From contig NC_043002.1 of the NCBI RefSeq assembly GCF_006345805.1, forward strand, positions 85,374,001 through 85,438,000: 64,000 nucleotides of DNA. The letters run 5' to 3'. Positions 40,455-54,152 of this stretch are shown piece by piece. The position numbers and the translations under genes were made by a program. This DNA comes from Octopus sinensis (lineage: Eukaryota). Each line of letters opens with the position of its first letter. Position 1 is the stretch's first letter. The notes beneath the pieces were generated by a model. The model saw nothing but the letters and a program-made list of their open reading frames with translations, made no database searches and was not told where the DNA came from.

Positions 40455-42019
40455 TCTCTCTGGGACAATATTGATGGGGGTGCATAGAGAAGACTTGTTG
40501 CTTGGAAAACTGTAGCTGCTCTTTCATAAAAATATTTTGTCCTGGTTTGTACATTAGAGAACTTTCCAGATGTTGGTGAAACATGGTTGAACTTGGTTAT
40601 GTGAAGCCTAAGATTTTAGCCAGCGGAACTACCATTTCAAATCTCCCTTAATGAAAGTGATTAAGTGTGGATGTTTTAGAGGGGAAGAATAGACAGTGCA
40701 AACTAAGAGAATGACAAGAAAAGAAATATATAAGAGTGGGGGTGGATTGTGGTTGAATGATAAAGTCAATTAGAGAAAGTGTTGTTGTATTATCAAGAAA
40801 TACCTGCCATCGTTTCCACCTTTCAATTTCGATATATTCTGCCATCTGGATCTAACCATTGTCATTCTCAATACCATTGATCAATTATTTATTGGAATAT
40901 GGTAATCTCTTTCTCCCCTCACTCTTTCCTTTTCAGTCCACTCTTCTCTCTTCCCCTCCCCTCCCCCATTTTCATCTCAACCATCTCTCTCTCCCCTTTT
41001 CGACCCAACCTTCTCTCTCTCCCTCTGTGTCTTTCTTTCTCTCCGTCTGTCTGTCTGTCTCTCTCTTTCTCTCTGACCCTTCCCTCTCTCCCTCCCTTTC
41101 CTACACTCTCCCTTTTCTGCTCTCTTGTTTCATATTTTCTCATTATCTCCCTACCAACCTCTCTTCCTCCCTCCATCTTTTCATTCATCCCTTTCTCCCT
41201 CCTTGTCTCTCTCCTTTTTCACCTCTCTTCCCTCTCTCTCTTTTTCTCTCTATCAATCTTCCTTACTTCTATGCACTAATCATTATTTATGCTGATTGTT
41301 ATCTATTGCACTCTGCTGCTCATTATTCCTGTTGATAAACTGTCAACTTGATGGTTTGTATATCATATCACTGTAGAAGGAATAACAGAGAAAAAGATGA
41401 TGACCATTCTTAAAGCTTAAAAGTACTTTAGAAGTAGTTTTAAAATATATCCCTTACTAATCAACAGCTGTCATAACAGGATGGATTAATGCTCGAAATT
41501 TCATGAAGATGCTGAATAAAAACTGCTTGATCTAGTTTCAGGTAACCACTGTCAAATTTGATGTGATTTTGCAACTCTCAGATAGAATGGTCAGTCTGCC
41601 AAGACTCTTGATTTATATGAAGTGCATGGATTCATATTACACAACAGGCATGGCCAACCAACATATAGTACTCAGACCACTTGAACGAAGCCTTTTTATG
41701 TTCTTTTTCTTTTTTGCACGTTTTTTTTTTTCTAAGTGAAGGCTCATAGCTTAGTGGTTTGGGTGTTAGGCTGATGATCAAAATATTTGCTTTTGTTCCA
41801 GCTTTCAATGGATTATATACAAATGGTGCTGAACTGTACAGTTTTCTCAGGTGTAAAGCTTGATATATGAACAAATAGAACACCAAATATATTTAAACTT
41901 TCTAGTAAACAGAAATTGCCATTAAATAGAAATCTATAAATTATCAACACAAGTTCCACCATTTCTACTATGACACCAATATTAATGCTAACAATATTTA
42001 TACTCCTACATGTCTGACT

Positions 42020-42488
42020 TGTCCTGTGCTGGTGGCACATAAAAGCACCATTCAAGTGTGACTGTGGCCAGTGTCACCTGACTGGCTCCTGTGCTGGTGG
42101 CAAGTAAAAAGCACCATTCGAGTGTGGTTGTTGCTATTGCTACCTGACTGGCCCCCATGCCGCTGGCATGTAAAAAGTACCATTTGAGCATGATCATTGC
42201 CAGTGCTGCCTGACTGGCTCCCGTGCCGGTGGCACAAAAAGAGCACCCATTACACTCTTGGAGTGTTGTTGATGCCAGTACCACATGACAGGCCCTAGTG
42301 CTGGTGGCATGTAAAAAGCACTCACTGCACTCTTTGAGCATTAGGAAGGGCATCCAGCTGTAGAAACCTTGCTAGATCAGATTGGAGCCTGGTGTAGCCT
42401 TCTGGCTTGCCAGTTGTCTTTCAAACTGTCCAACCCATGCCAGCATGGAAAGCAGACGTTAAACAATGATGATGATGATAATGATGAT
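42020..42488 (+). mobile_element. SINE family R with ~60-bp tandem units
   Basis: Repeated GTGCTGGTGGCA..TAAAAAGCACC units, GGAAGGGCATCCAGCTG domain, (GAT)n tail. Confidence 0.85.
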
Positions 42489-42633
42489 GTCCTCTGACCT
42501 CTAGAATTATATTTCTCAGCCATAGGTGTGTTGGCTGAACAGTTGCCTTCACAGTTCAAATCAAGCAGGGGTCAACTTTGCTTTTCATTCTTTTGAAGTC
42601 AATAAAACAAGTGCCAGTCAGGTATGGAATTGA

Positions 42634-42865
42634 AGGTGGCAAGCTGGCAGAAGCGTTAGCACGCCGGGTGAAATGCTTAGTGGTATTTCGTCTGCCGTTA
42701 CGTTGTGAATTCAAATTCCACCGAGGTCGACTTTGCCTTTCATCCTTTCGGGGTCGATAAATTAAGTACCAGTTACGCACTGGGGTCGATGTAATCGACT
42801 TAATACCTATGTCTGTCCTTGTTTGTCCCCTCTGTGTTTAGCCCCTTGTAGGTAATAAAGAAATA
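42634..42865 (+). mobile_element. SINE family M with 13-bp TSD
   Basis: TSD GGTATGGAATTGA at 42621-42633 and 42866-42878. Confidence 0.9.
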
Positions 42866-43064
42866 GGTATGGAATTGATTTAATTCACTTCTGTTCTGTA
42901 CTATGATACACTAGGCTGGCTTGGCACAGTAGATCCTCAAATCTCAGCTCAACTGTGAGTAACATTTCACACTTGCTGAAGCACACTACCATTGTATCAA
43001 TAGTAATCTATCTGCAACACCCTATATACTTATATATTACTGCCAATACAACACATACAATCAT

Positions 43065-43098
<34 letters not shown>

Positions 43099-44074
43099 TT
43101 ATCCAATCATCCAAACACACACACACATACATTCATTCACATACACACATACTTGCCCTCAGTCATCTTCACACACATACACACATATACACTCACACTC
43201 AAATTCACACACTTGCATGTACATAACTCACCTCTACACATACTATCACTGACATACACATACACACAAATACATGCACTCACACAAATACATGCACACA
43301 CACACACACTGTCCTTCTCTTTCTCTCTCTCTCTCCACTGAAACCCATTAGAAAAAGGGTAATGCAAAAAACAAAAGAAACAAACAAACAAGCAATTCCT
43401 TGCTAAATTAACTTGCCAGGGAAACTGGTTACTATTTACCAGGTGTATGGATAATTAGAATGGAATACAATGGTCAAGATATAATAGAACCATTCACTGA
43501 ATTCTAGAGTCAGAGGCATTTGTCTATTTATGAGTCAAATTAACACTCAAGCCATTTTAGCATGAAAACACAGTTATTAAATATACAACATATATAAATT
43601 TCTTTTAAATTGACAAGAATATTACTTTTAATTAACTTTGTTACATCTCAAGAAATTTTATGCTTTGTGAATTTACTTGTGTTAATTATAATTGGCGAAA
43701 ACTAATTATCCAAGGGCTGAAAGAGTTTTTTGATTAAAATTTGATAGAGACTTTACTATCGCCTCAGTAGGTGTTTGATTGAGCAAAAGGATATTTACCT
43801 CGTTAAATAAAGTGGTTCAATGGAGTTTGAACCCAAGACAGGGAAAAAATCAACTAAATACATCTGGTGTAGCACTTCACTGATTTTGTCAATTCACTAA
43901 CTTTGTAATGTCTGTACTACAGTTTAATATATAACAGTTATTTTATATGCAATAAGTACACAATATGCATGTATGTATGCATGCATGTATGTATGCATAC
44001 ATGTATGTATGCATGTATGCATGCATATATGTGTGTGTGTGAATATATATATATATTATAGGTAAGTGTGTGTG

Positions 44075-44132
<58 letters not shown>

Positions 44133-44175
44133 ATGTGTTTATATATATATGTGTGTGTGTGTGTGTGTATGTGTT

Positions 44176-44206
<31 letters not shown>

Positions 44207-44249
44207 ATGTGTTTATATATATATGTGTGTGTGTGTGTGTGTATGTGTT

Positions 44250-44280
<31 letters not shown>

Positions 44281-44975
44281 ATGTGTTTATATATGTGTGT
44301 GTGTGTGTGTATGTGTTTATATATATGTGTGTGTGTGTGTGTTGCGTGTGTGTTGTTCAGATTTACAGAAAGCAAAAGAAGAAAACAACTAAGGGAACAA
44401 CAAGCAGGTGTATTAGTTAGGAAGAGTGGAAAAGTTTTTGACATTTCGAGCCTATGCTCCTCAACAGAAAGGACTGAGAGGTTAAAAAAAAAAAATGGAG
44501 AGAGAAAAAAAAATGTGTAAGGATTAAATGTATATATACATATATATTTGTATATATAATGTGAATGAAATAGAAGGTGCACAGAGTGTGTATATGGAGA
44601 TTTATTTTTATTAAAATCTATACACCTAACTAGTTCCACATTTATACGATTTTTTAAAGAGTAGCTTTGAGGAATGTGGAGCCATATCACAAACTGTATC
44701 AGGAACAATGCACTTTTGAAAATCATAAAAATGTGAAATCAGGTAATTGTATTAATTTTAATTAAAAAAAATTTTCACATAGTACTCTGTGCATTTTCAA
44801 TCTCTCTTATTTTTTTCTATACCATTACTACCATTACTTGTATGAATTAGTAATGATATATTATCAATATGTATAAATTTGGAAGTACTGGTTTTTTGGA
44901 TATTAATTTTGTTCAATGGCGCTTGGTTGAATAAATATCTTGATTACCAGTGCTCTCAAATTTATAATTGAAAAT

Positions 44976-45044
44976 ACTATACTGATGACGGAAATAAGGT
45001 ATGAGTTATTTTACATATCTTTAATCCAGAAGCGTGTGTATAGT
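44976..45044 (+). ncRNA. Decayed hammerhead motif
   Basis: ACTA-TA-CTGATGA-CGGA..AAGGTATG/CATATCTT..TCCA-GAAGC-GTGT-GTA-TAGT. Confidence 0.5.
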
Positions 45045-46247
45045 TAATCAAAGCCGGGTGGATTCATTATTTTTTTCTCTTTGCCTGTGTGAGTTGAGAG
45101 TATTGCTGTCTGGGAGATATCTTATGATTGTAGAATAATATTTAACTGCTATTTCTAAATTTCAGTATGTAGTGAAGCAATTTTGCTAAACCCTAATTAT
45201 AATTATGTTTATAATTATAATAATTTTTGTATATATATATCCTACTCTCTCTGTACTCCCCTGCGCATTGGTGAAATGGGACACCACTTGCCTGACTGAT
45301 CCGCAGAGCACCTCCAATACATCAGACTTGGCAATGACACCCTGTTCTCGCACCATTTCTTCTCTACCAGTTATTCACTACAACATCTGTCTATGTCTAG
45401 ACTGTTTTTGCACTGGGGCCATCCAGGCTCCCACCTTTACTGTAATTAATCTTTTCTCTTTGCCTTTTGCACCTCATGGACTCAACTCACCTCTTCTCTT
45501 CATCTGACACCCACCTCACCTCCTCTCTTCATTTGATACCACCCCACACCACTCCACACATACTAGCACTGACCACTTCCCAGTACCCACACCACACACT
45601 GTCATCCACACACCCACAAACAATCTTCAATAGCATCACCACACATACCACTATATGAGCAGCCACACACATTGTTTAACTCAGTACACACACTACACAC
45701 CATCATGCACACTCCCACACCTGCACAAGCACATAATACCTGAACACAGGCTATATATATATATATATATATATATACATGCAACATGCATTAACACACA
45801 CAGCATACATAGACAAAGATAACTTTCATCCATATATATACACCATACACATGCACACTGTTTGGTCACAGACACGCATATACACCTGTGCACACACCAT
45901 GTGAAAAAGCACACCTCAACTGCTCTTCTACAACACACAAACATTACACATGCACACACATGAGTCACTTGCCCCTATTCACACTCACACACCATTCTCA
46001 CATACACACATACGCACCTTCTCTTGGGATCACTAGCACTTTATTATCTCCTTTTCTTTCAGCCTCTTTCTTTTATTATTATCTCCCTTTTTGTCAATCA
46101 TTTGCCATGATGGACCACAGAACTCTGCAAGTTTTTTTCATTCATTTTCTGTTTATTTTCTTGTATTCCTTTCTATTGAAGAGCATAGGCTTGAAATGTA
46201 AAAGACATGTTCATTTTCCCAAGCGTTAAACTATTACACTTGCTTGT

Positions 46248-46873
46248 CGTTCATACATAATGCAGGTTTTTTTATACTTATTTTATTTTTCAAAACTAAG
46301 ATAAAAAAGTTCTTTTTTAATCTGAAATATATTCTCCTTCATTTTCTACAATGCTCTTCCATCTACCTGGTAGACTTGCAAGGCCCCTCTTCCAAAATTC
46401 ATTTGTCTGTGATAAAAAAAATACTCCTCCAGGACTCTTCTGAACCCATCTACAGAATTCGTATTTTTTTCTGTCCAAATGATTTTTGAAGACTGCAGAA
46501 TAAATGATAATCATATCATCTAGGCTGTAGTTTCCAGCTCAGAATTTCTGGAACCACCATTGATGCTGGCTTACACTTATTGCCCAATTCCCATACACTG
46601 TATTCATATTCCTCACATTTTCCATTGGACTGTTGCCTTTATTGAATGCATAAAGCAAAATATGCTGAATAAACTCCTTTGCCATTTCCATTATGGCTTT
46701 GAAAAAATAACTGTTAAAATCAAACTGCACTCTTCAAAACCTGCACTAAGAATAAAACAAGGTAAAATTATGACCTGCTTTTATAGCAAGTTGATTCAGG
46801 TAGTTTATCCCCTCCCCCTCCAACTTTTAGTTCATGCAAATGAAAAAAACCACATTATTTATGGGATGACCCA
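46248..46873 (-). mobile_element. Internally deleted mariner element
   Basis: N-terminus ..FIQHILLYAFNKG..VYG..WWFQKF and C-terminus FWKRGLASLPGRWKSIVENEGEY; TIR CATTATTTATGGGATGACCCA. Confidence 0.8.
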
Positions 46874-46874
46874 G

Positions 46875-47214
46875 TCTATACATATAAATTTGGCATGAGC
46901 AGTTCTTTCTTGTCTTGGGATTCACAGTCAAACAGTTGGGTGGAATTGCGCAAAAAAATTACACAGATGTGTAGAATGATCCAGTGGTGTGGCTGGGCTT
47001 TGTATATTTTCATAGCTCCCATGGTTACCAAGATAATCTACTATAATAATACTCTTGTGTCTATGAATGAGAAAGAAAGGGGTGATAGATGAATAAGGAA
47101 GGGGTAATCTCATACTTGGTAGTGGGATGATGAAAATTGTACGCTGAAAAAATAAATCAAACAGCGTTTCAACGCTGTGTGAATATATGTGTATGTAAAA
47201 GGGTGGGTAAGTGA

Positions 47215-47245
<31 letters not shown>

Positions 47246-47472
47246 TGTGCGCATGTTCACTTAGTATTTGGGTTTATTTTTTGATTTGGTTGAATCTTTG
47301 TTTTTTTTTTGTTTTGTTGATGGTCAGGTATTTTTAGCATTTTGACAGAAAAAAGTAATTTTAAAATTGTTTTTTAACGTAAGCGTGCCCAAACAAGTCG
47401 AATGCTTACACAGAGCAGGTTTTACAGCCACATTATCCAAACCAACTGGGTGAAACCGGGCTTAGCTGCTAG
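46875..47472 (+). mobile_element. Non-autonomous Helitron-like element
   Basis: 5' TCTATACATATAAA; 3' GC-rich hairpin CTGGGTGAAACCGGG then CTAG|T. Confidence 0.65.
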
Positions 47473-47801
47473 TGTATACATATATATATATATATATATA
47501 ATATTAATTAGAGACAAAACCACTATTTTGCAAAACAAACAAGGAAAGACTTAATCAATACATAAAATTTTAATAAATTTGAAAACACTAGCAGCTAAGC
47601 CCGGTTTCACCCAGTTGGTTTGGATAATGTGGCTGTAAAACCTGCTCTGTGTAAGCATTCGACTTGTTTGGGCACGCTTACGTTAAAAAACAATTTTAAG
47701 ATTACTTTTTTCTGTCAAAATGCTAAAAATACCTGACCATCAACAAAACAAAAAAAAAACAAATTTATTCATAATTTGAAACTGACTTGAAAATCGGAAA
47801 T

Positions 47802-47844
47802 CCACCTGAAGATTGTCGATCAAGACATGAAACAATTGTAGTGG
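47802..47844 (+). ncRNA. Type-I hammerhead ribozyme, intact core
   Basis: CCAC-CTGAAGA-T-TGTC-gatcaa-GACA-T-GAAAC-AATT-GTA-GTGG. Confidence 0.85.
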
Positions 47845-49026
47845 CATTTTTTTTACTTTTTATTAAAATTTTATGTATTGATTAAGTCTTTCCTTGTTTG
47901 TTTTGCAAAATAGTGGTTTTGTTTTTAATTAATATTATATAATATTTTACTATAAAATTGGATTTAATCCTAAATCTGATTTTTTTCCCTGTAAATTTGG
48001 ATTTATTCCCTAATATTTATTATATATATATATATATATATGTACATGTATATATAATGTATAGCATGGCCCAATGTGTGTATATACACACACACACACG
48101 TACATGTGCATGCACACACAACAGGCTTCTGTACAGTTTCTGTCTAACAAAAAGATTTCACTCAGAAGCCATTGGTTATCCATGAATCTAGAATGAAAGA
48201 TACTTGTCCAAGATGCTGTGCAGTGAAATCAAACCTAGAACCACATGGTTTATAATCAAAGCACCTAACCACATGACCATGCTATCATCCTTTAACTGTT
48301 CAATCAACACAACTATGTCCGAGAAATCTAATTCTAGATGTCAGAGGACATGTAGGATTATAAATATTGTTAGCATTAATATTGGTGTCATGGTAAAGAA
48401 ATGGTGGAATCTGTGTTGATAATTTATAGATTTCTATTTAATGGCAATTTCTGTTTACTAGAAAGTTTAAATATATTTGGTGTTCTATTTGTTCATATAT
48501 CAAGCTTTACACCTGAGAAAACTGTACAGTTCAGTACCATCTGTATACCATCTATCGAAAGGCAATAACCATTTATCAAAATATCTGTTCTTCTTGATAC
48601 TACATCAAGGCTGTTGGTGGCTGCAGAAATAGTAACAGCTATTACAACAAAAATAACAACAACAAAATAACAACAAACAGCATCAGCAATCTTCGTGATT
48701 TATCTTTGTGAAGCTGTCTTATCAGATATGAATGCAATATTTCCATATTGAAGTGAAGGCATTTCGCTTAGTACTTTAGGTATGTGGCTCATGTTTGTAA
48801 GGTCATGATACTTGGTGCCGTGTTATGTCCTTGAGTAAGATACTTTATTTCATGTTGCTTCTGTTCAGTCAGCTGTATTTCAAAGGGTTAGCCTTTTCAC
48901 ATTGTGTCATGCTGAGAACTATGTTATGGGTACATGTGTCTGTGGAGTACTCAACCACTTTCATGTTAATTTTATGAGCAGGCTGTTCCATTGGTCAGAT
49001 GAACTGGAGCCCTCATCATCATAACC

Positions 49027-49243
49027 TATTTCTTTACTACCCACAGAGAGGACAAACAAGGACAGACAAACGGATTAAGTCGATTACATCAACCCCAGTG
49101 AGTAACTGGTACTTAATTTATCGACCCCGAAAGGATGAAAGGCAAAGTCGACCTTGGCGGAATTTGAACTCAGAATGTAACAGCAGACGAAATATGGCTA
49201 TGCATTCCGCCCAGCGCGCTAACGATTCTGCCAGCTCGCTGCC
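49027..49243 (-). mobile_element. SINE family M inserted in the tail of an older SINE (48770-49270)
   Basis: Flanked by CTCATCATCATAACC / CTCATCGTCGTAACC. Confidence 0.85.
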
Positions 49244-49422
49244 CTCATCGTCGTAACCAATGGTGTGTCAATTACTTCCGTATCTCAAATGGAACTTAGC
49301 TCACATTGCAGCCTTATGATTTCAGATTCATTCTCACTGTGCAACTCCTCAGGCAAGTGCTACTATAACCCCAAGCGAATCCGAGCCTTGTGAATGAATT
49401 TGGTAGGTGGAAGCCCATCGTG

Positions 49423-49453
<31 letters not shown>

Positions 49454-49793
49454 TGTGTGTGTGTGTGTATGTGTGTGACTTTGTATTTGCATTTGTCCTC
49501 TACCACTACTTCACAACTAGTGTTCATTTGTTTATGTTCCCATAACTTAGCTGTTCAGCAAAAGAGATTGATAGAATAAGAACCAGATATAAAAGAAAAA
49601 TATAAATATTAGGGTTGATTTGTTCAATTAAATTCCTTCAAGGTCGTGCCCCAGCATGGCCACAATCCTATAACTGAAACAAGTAACAGGTAAGAGATGA
49701 AAGATAGAAGAACTTAGGTTCAGTATGAACTTACAACTGTTATTCTTTAACTGCTTTCATCGGACTGTGAGTCATTTGGGGCCCTACCTTTAA

Positions 49794-50012
49794 CCCTTTC
49801 GTGTTCAGATTAATCTGCCAAATGAAATGGTTATGCATTCACATTGCTTTCAATTAATCAGGCATTATTTCATCGCTTTGGGATTTCAATGGTGTGATTG
49901 TTTATATTTAGAATTACATTGTAGGGTAGGTGTGATAGGCGAAATCTGCAAGTTTGAAAATAAGATAGGTAGAATATTTAGGCCGGATATGGCCGGTTTA
50001 AATGCTAAAGGG
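49794..50012. mobile_element. piggyBac-like MITE (related copies 50814-51016, ~54540-54754)
   Basis: TTAA|CCCTTT....AAAGGG|TTAA termini. Confidence 0.8.
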
Positions 50013-50279
50013 TTAAAGGTTTTGGGTCAAACATACCAAACTCAATAATTATTTTAGTTTGATATTTATTTTATGAATTTCTTTTTATCACGTGCCTAAG
50101 TTATATTTTGACATAAAAGGATGCAATTTTGAATTATATTCAATTTCTAACAATATATTAGTTTAAAACATTGGATAGCATTGCATCCCTTTATCTCACA
50201 ATGTAACTCAGCCATCTGATAAATAAAAATTGATATTATATATCTTACTATACAAAAGTGAAACCATAGAATGTCTGTC

Positions 50280-50326
50280 ACATTACCTGATGAACCATGT
50301 ATTAGTGAAACCTCAAGTTGTAATGT
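50280..50326 (+). ncRNA. Hammerhead motif
   Basis: ACATTAC-CTGATGA-AC..GT-GAAAC-ctcaa-GTT-GTAATGT; 7-bp stem I. Confidence 0.65.
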
Positions 50327-51841
50327 AAATATATGTATGTTTGTGTCAGTAGAATAAGTGCTTTACTGATCAATATTTTATGCTATTTCGTTCCATTCAA
50401 GGTATATTTTACATGTAAGTTTATATTTCTTTACTTCTTTACAAATTTGATCAGATAAAAACCAGACAGAGTACTAGGGTCATTGTAATCAACCAAAATC
50501 CTTGAATGTAGTTCCCTAACATTCCCTAACTCAGTGTATGAATTGACTAAAACATAAGCAAACTATATTTCTGAGAAAAGTCTGATTATGAAAGTCTAGT
50601 TGTCAACTGTTTGATTGAAAATAAATAATGAATATTTCTATCATTTATTCATCAAAAGAATATATCTTAAATGATGTCTCCTGAGAGTTTGTCTGGTCTC
50701 TAATTTCTAAATTAGGTGACGAGAAAACGCTGATGGCTGGTTGTTGGAGAATCTCTCATCAGAATTCAAGATGGTTAAGAAACAACTTAGTTATTTGGAG
50801 AAAATTGCTTTAACTCATTTATTACCATATTTCTATTGAAATATACTATTTTGTTTAAGTTAATTTTGAAAATAATGAATTTAGTTAAACAATTTTGTAA
50901 TTGTTGTTTTTTGGTGTTTGGAACATAATTTGAACATGTATTTTGATGGTAGGTTTTAATTTAATTTAATTTAAAATAGGAAATTTGTTTCCAAGAGTAA
51001 GTTGGTATCAAAAGGGTTAAGTGAGCAGAATAATTATTCCATTTTACCAGTGATAAAATAGTTATTTTAGTTTCTAACAATGTGAAAAAGGAAAGTTGAG
51101 TAACCTTTATATATTTCAGGCAGAAAGACTCATCATCAGAAACGTAGAGTTTTTATTAATTTATTTCTTTACCACAATGCTTCAAGCAAACTACAATACT
51201 CTTCTTTTATCCCTGTTCATCATCATCATCCTCATCATCATCATTACCATCATCAACATTTAATGTCTATTTTCTATGCTGGCATGCTTTGGGCAGCTTC
51301 ACAGGAACTGGCAAAACCAGATGCTGCACCAGATTTCATAGTTTGTTTTGACTTGGTATATACAGCTGGATGCCCTTCCTAATGCCAACCACTCCACAAA
51401 GTGTACTGGATGTTTTTTACATGCCATCATCACCAGTGCTTTTTACATGGCACCAGCACCCACACCAGTGCTTTGTACTTGGCACCTTGGTTTTAGGATC
51501 TTAATTCTGTTATGGTGAGTGGGTCTTCTTGAGTACAGCAATGCACCACATATCTTGGTTCCCTGTCATCTCTTCTGTCCTAGTTATTTTGTTGAAATGT
51601 TTATGACCACTACATTGTTAATATCTCATCTTTTTTTTAGTTCTTTCTTTCCTCTGTGAGACATTGGGTAACAAATTGTCTGTATTTGCTTGTCTTTTTC
51701 TATACTCATTCATATTCAGGCAGATGTAGAATGTACCCTATAAAAATCTTCTGCTACTCTAGATGATGTCCCCTTAAAGTTCACTCTTCTTATCACCTCT
51801 AAAAATGGTAGGCAAGTAAAGCGAAAAAAAGTAGTCTTATA

Positions 51842-53107
51842 TTAGGTTGGCAACTAAGTTCCCGCCGTTTTTTTAAAATTTAAATTTTTTAAAAGGTTTA
51901 ATAAAAAAAACAACTAATTAATCAATAATGTATTCACCCTTGTTTACAACTTCTCCCCAACATTCAACAAGGTTTTCAATACCTCGTTTTCAAATACCCG
52001 ATTTCGACTTGAAAAATTGATCCAACCAAGCTCTCAATTCTGCATCAGTATTGAACGAAACTCTACGCATAGCATTTGAAAGAGATCAAAAGAGGTGGAA
52101 ATCCATTGGTGCCAAATCAGGAGAGTACGGTGGGTGTGGTAGCACTTCCCAGCCATGCGTTTGAATGACTTCCTTGGTCATATTGGTGATATGAGGGTGG
52201 GTGTTATTGTGCAACAGAAGAACTCCATGCTGCCACTTAAATCTTTTCTCTTGAATTGCGATGTTGAGTTGTTCTATCTGTTGAACATAGAGCTCCATGT
52301 TGACTGTTTGGTTCCGTTCAAGCAATTCATAATGGATAATTCCTTCCCAGTCCCACCATATGCACAACATCATTATGCGGATGAAGATCTCGTTTCACAC
52401 ACAGTGTCGCTTGTTTACCGGGGCTAAGCCATTCCTTACACTGCTTCATATTGATGTACAGGCACCATTTTTCGTCACCACTAACGATACATTACTTGTA
52501 AAGAAATCATTGCTTGTGTCCATGAATTGAGCTGTGATGAGCAAGCAAACCAGCAGAGATTGTGGCTCGTTGATTTTTCCTGTTGTCACTTGAAGCATGT
52601 GGAACCTATGCCCCATACTTCTGAACCTTTCCCATCGAGTGAAGATGCTTCTCTATAGCAGTGGGGGAGCATTCCATTTCCTCTGCTAGTTCCCTTGTTG
52701 TTTGATGAGAATTTCCGTGCAAAAGTTGGTTTAATCACTCTTCATTGAACTCAACTGGACGGCCAGAACAAGGTGCATCTTTGAGGTCAAAATTTCCATT
52801 TTTGAACTTGGCATACCACTCACGAGCGGTTCTTTTAGCTATGGCACCTTCTCCATACACAGCACAGATGTCGCAAGCAGCTTTTGCAGCCTTAGAACTG
52901 TGATTAAAATCAAAAAGAAGGTGTCGAAAATGCTCGTTTTTCTCAACTTGACATTCCATTTTAATGATTTGAAAATAAATCAAAATTAACTAGAATTAAC
53001 TAGAAAAAAAAAACAAAATATATTCCAAAATGATTCAAAAATAGAATTCTCAAAAAAAATAGATTCCAAAATTAAAAAAAAATGCGGGGTCTTAGTTGCC
53101 AATCCAA
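51842..53107 (-). mobile_element. Full-length mariner (DD34D) transposon, pseudogenised
   Basis: TA TSDs; TIRs TTAGGTTGGCAACTAAG / CTTAGTTGCCAATCCAA; ~1.27 kb; transposase MECQVEKNEHFRH..SGRP, *VPH, MLCIWWD, HPPYSPDLAPMDFHLF. Confidence 0.95.
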
Positions 53108-53847
53108 TAGAACTAATTATTACCAACATAGGCCATCACCAGTTTCCTTAAATTCTAGATTTTACCAATTTCTGTGACTTCAGTTCAAATCAACAGCAGA
53201 CATTTTATTAAGTATTTGGATGGTACATTTATTTATTTATTCCCTGCTTAATGTCACCTATATAGCATCCCTTATTTCATCTATATTTTATTCTTCCTTT
53301 CACTTAGGTAGCATTCTTAACCATACAAGTTCACTCTGGTACCACTCTATTACAAATATTCAAGGTATCCAGTCTGAAGATAACATTCTCTCTTCCTCCT
53401 CCTTAATCTTGGAGATCCTTAAAGGGATTGTAGATGCTGGCCTTCCTACTCTAATTAAGCCATTAAAAAAATGTATTTTGAGATGTCTCTAGAGTTAAAC
53501 TAGCATCATATATGTAATATATTAATGTTTTCATGAATTCTAAGAATTTCAAGTGCTGCTCTTCAGTTCTGGTTTTCAAGCAATTAAGCAAGGAACAAAC
53601 TTAAGGATTCTACTGTTAGTATCACCCTCATCATCAGTATAATCACCACCACCACCACCACTGTCATCATTGCCACATTGCTGCCGCTGTCACCACTGCC
53701 ATCACTACTACTACTGCCACCACTATTACCACTGCCTCCACCCCTCTTACTGCCTTCATCCTCACCCCATCATCATCATCATCATCATGGTTGCTTTTTC
53801 TATGCTGTTATGTGTTGGGTAAGTTTTCTGAAACAATATTTTATTGT

Positions 53848-54152
53848 CGGCGCGTAAAAAGCACCATCCGATTGTGGCTGTTGCCAGCCTCGTCTGGCCT
53901 CCATGCCAGTGGTACGTAAAAAGCACCATCCGATTGTGGCCGTTTGCCAGCCTCATCTGGCACCTGTGCTGGTGGCACGTAAAAAGCACCCACTACACTC
54001 ACGGAGTGGTTGGCGTTAGGAAGGGCATCCAGCTGTAGAAACACTGCCAGATCAGACTGGGCCTGGTGCAGCCTTCTGGCTTTCCAGACCCCAGTTGAAC
54101 CGTCCAACCCATGCTAGTATGGAAAGCGGACGTTAAACGATGATGATGATGA
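53848..54152 (+). mobile_element. SINE family R (young, CpG-rich copy)
   Basis: Three GTAAAAAGCACC units, GGCGTTAGGAAGGGCATCC domain, (GAT)n tail. Confidence 0.85.

Noticed and set aside
40859-41335. Hydrophobic L/S/F/P ORFs resembling membrane proteins
   Set aside because: CT-rich low-complexity tract
42020-42330. CRISPR-like repeat/spacer appearance
   Set aside because: Eukaryotic context, no cas genes, degenerate repeats, spacers partly similar to each other, and part of a dispersed SINE
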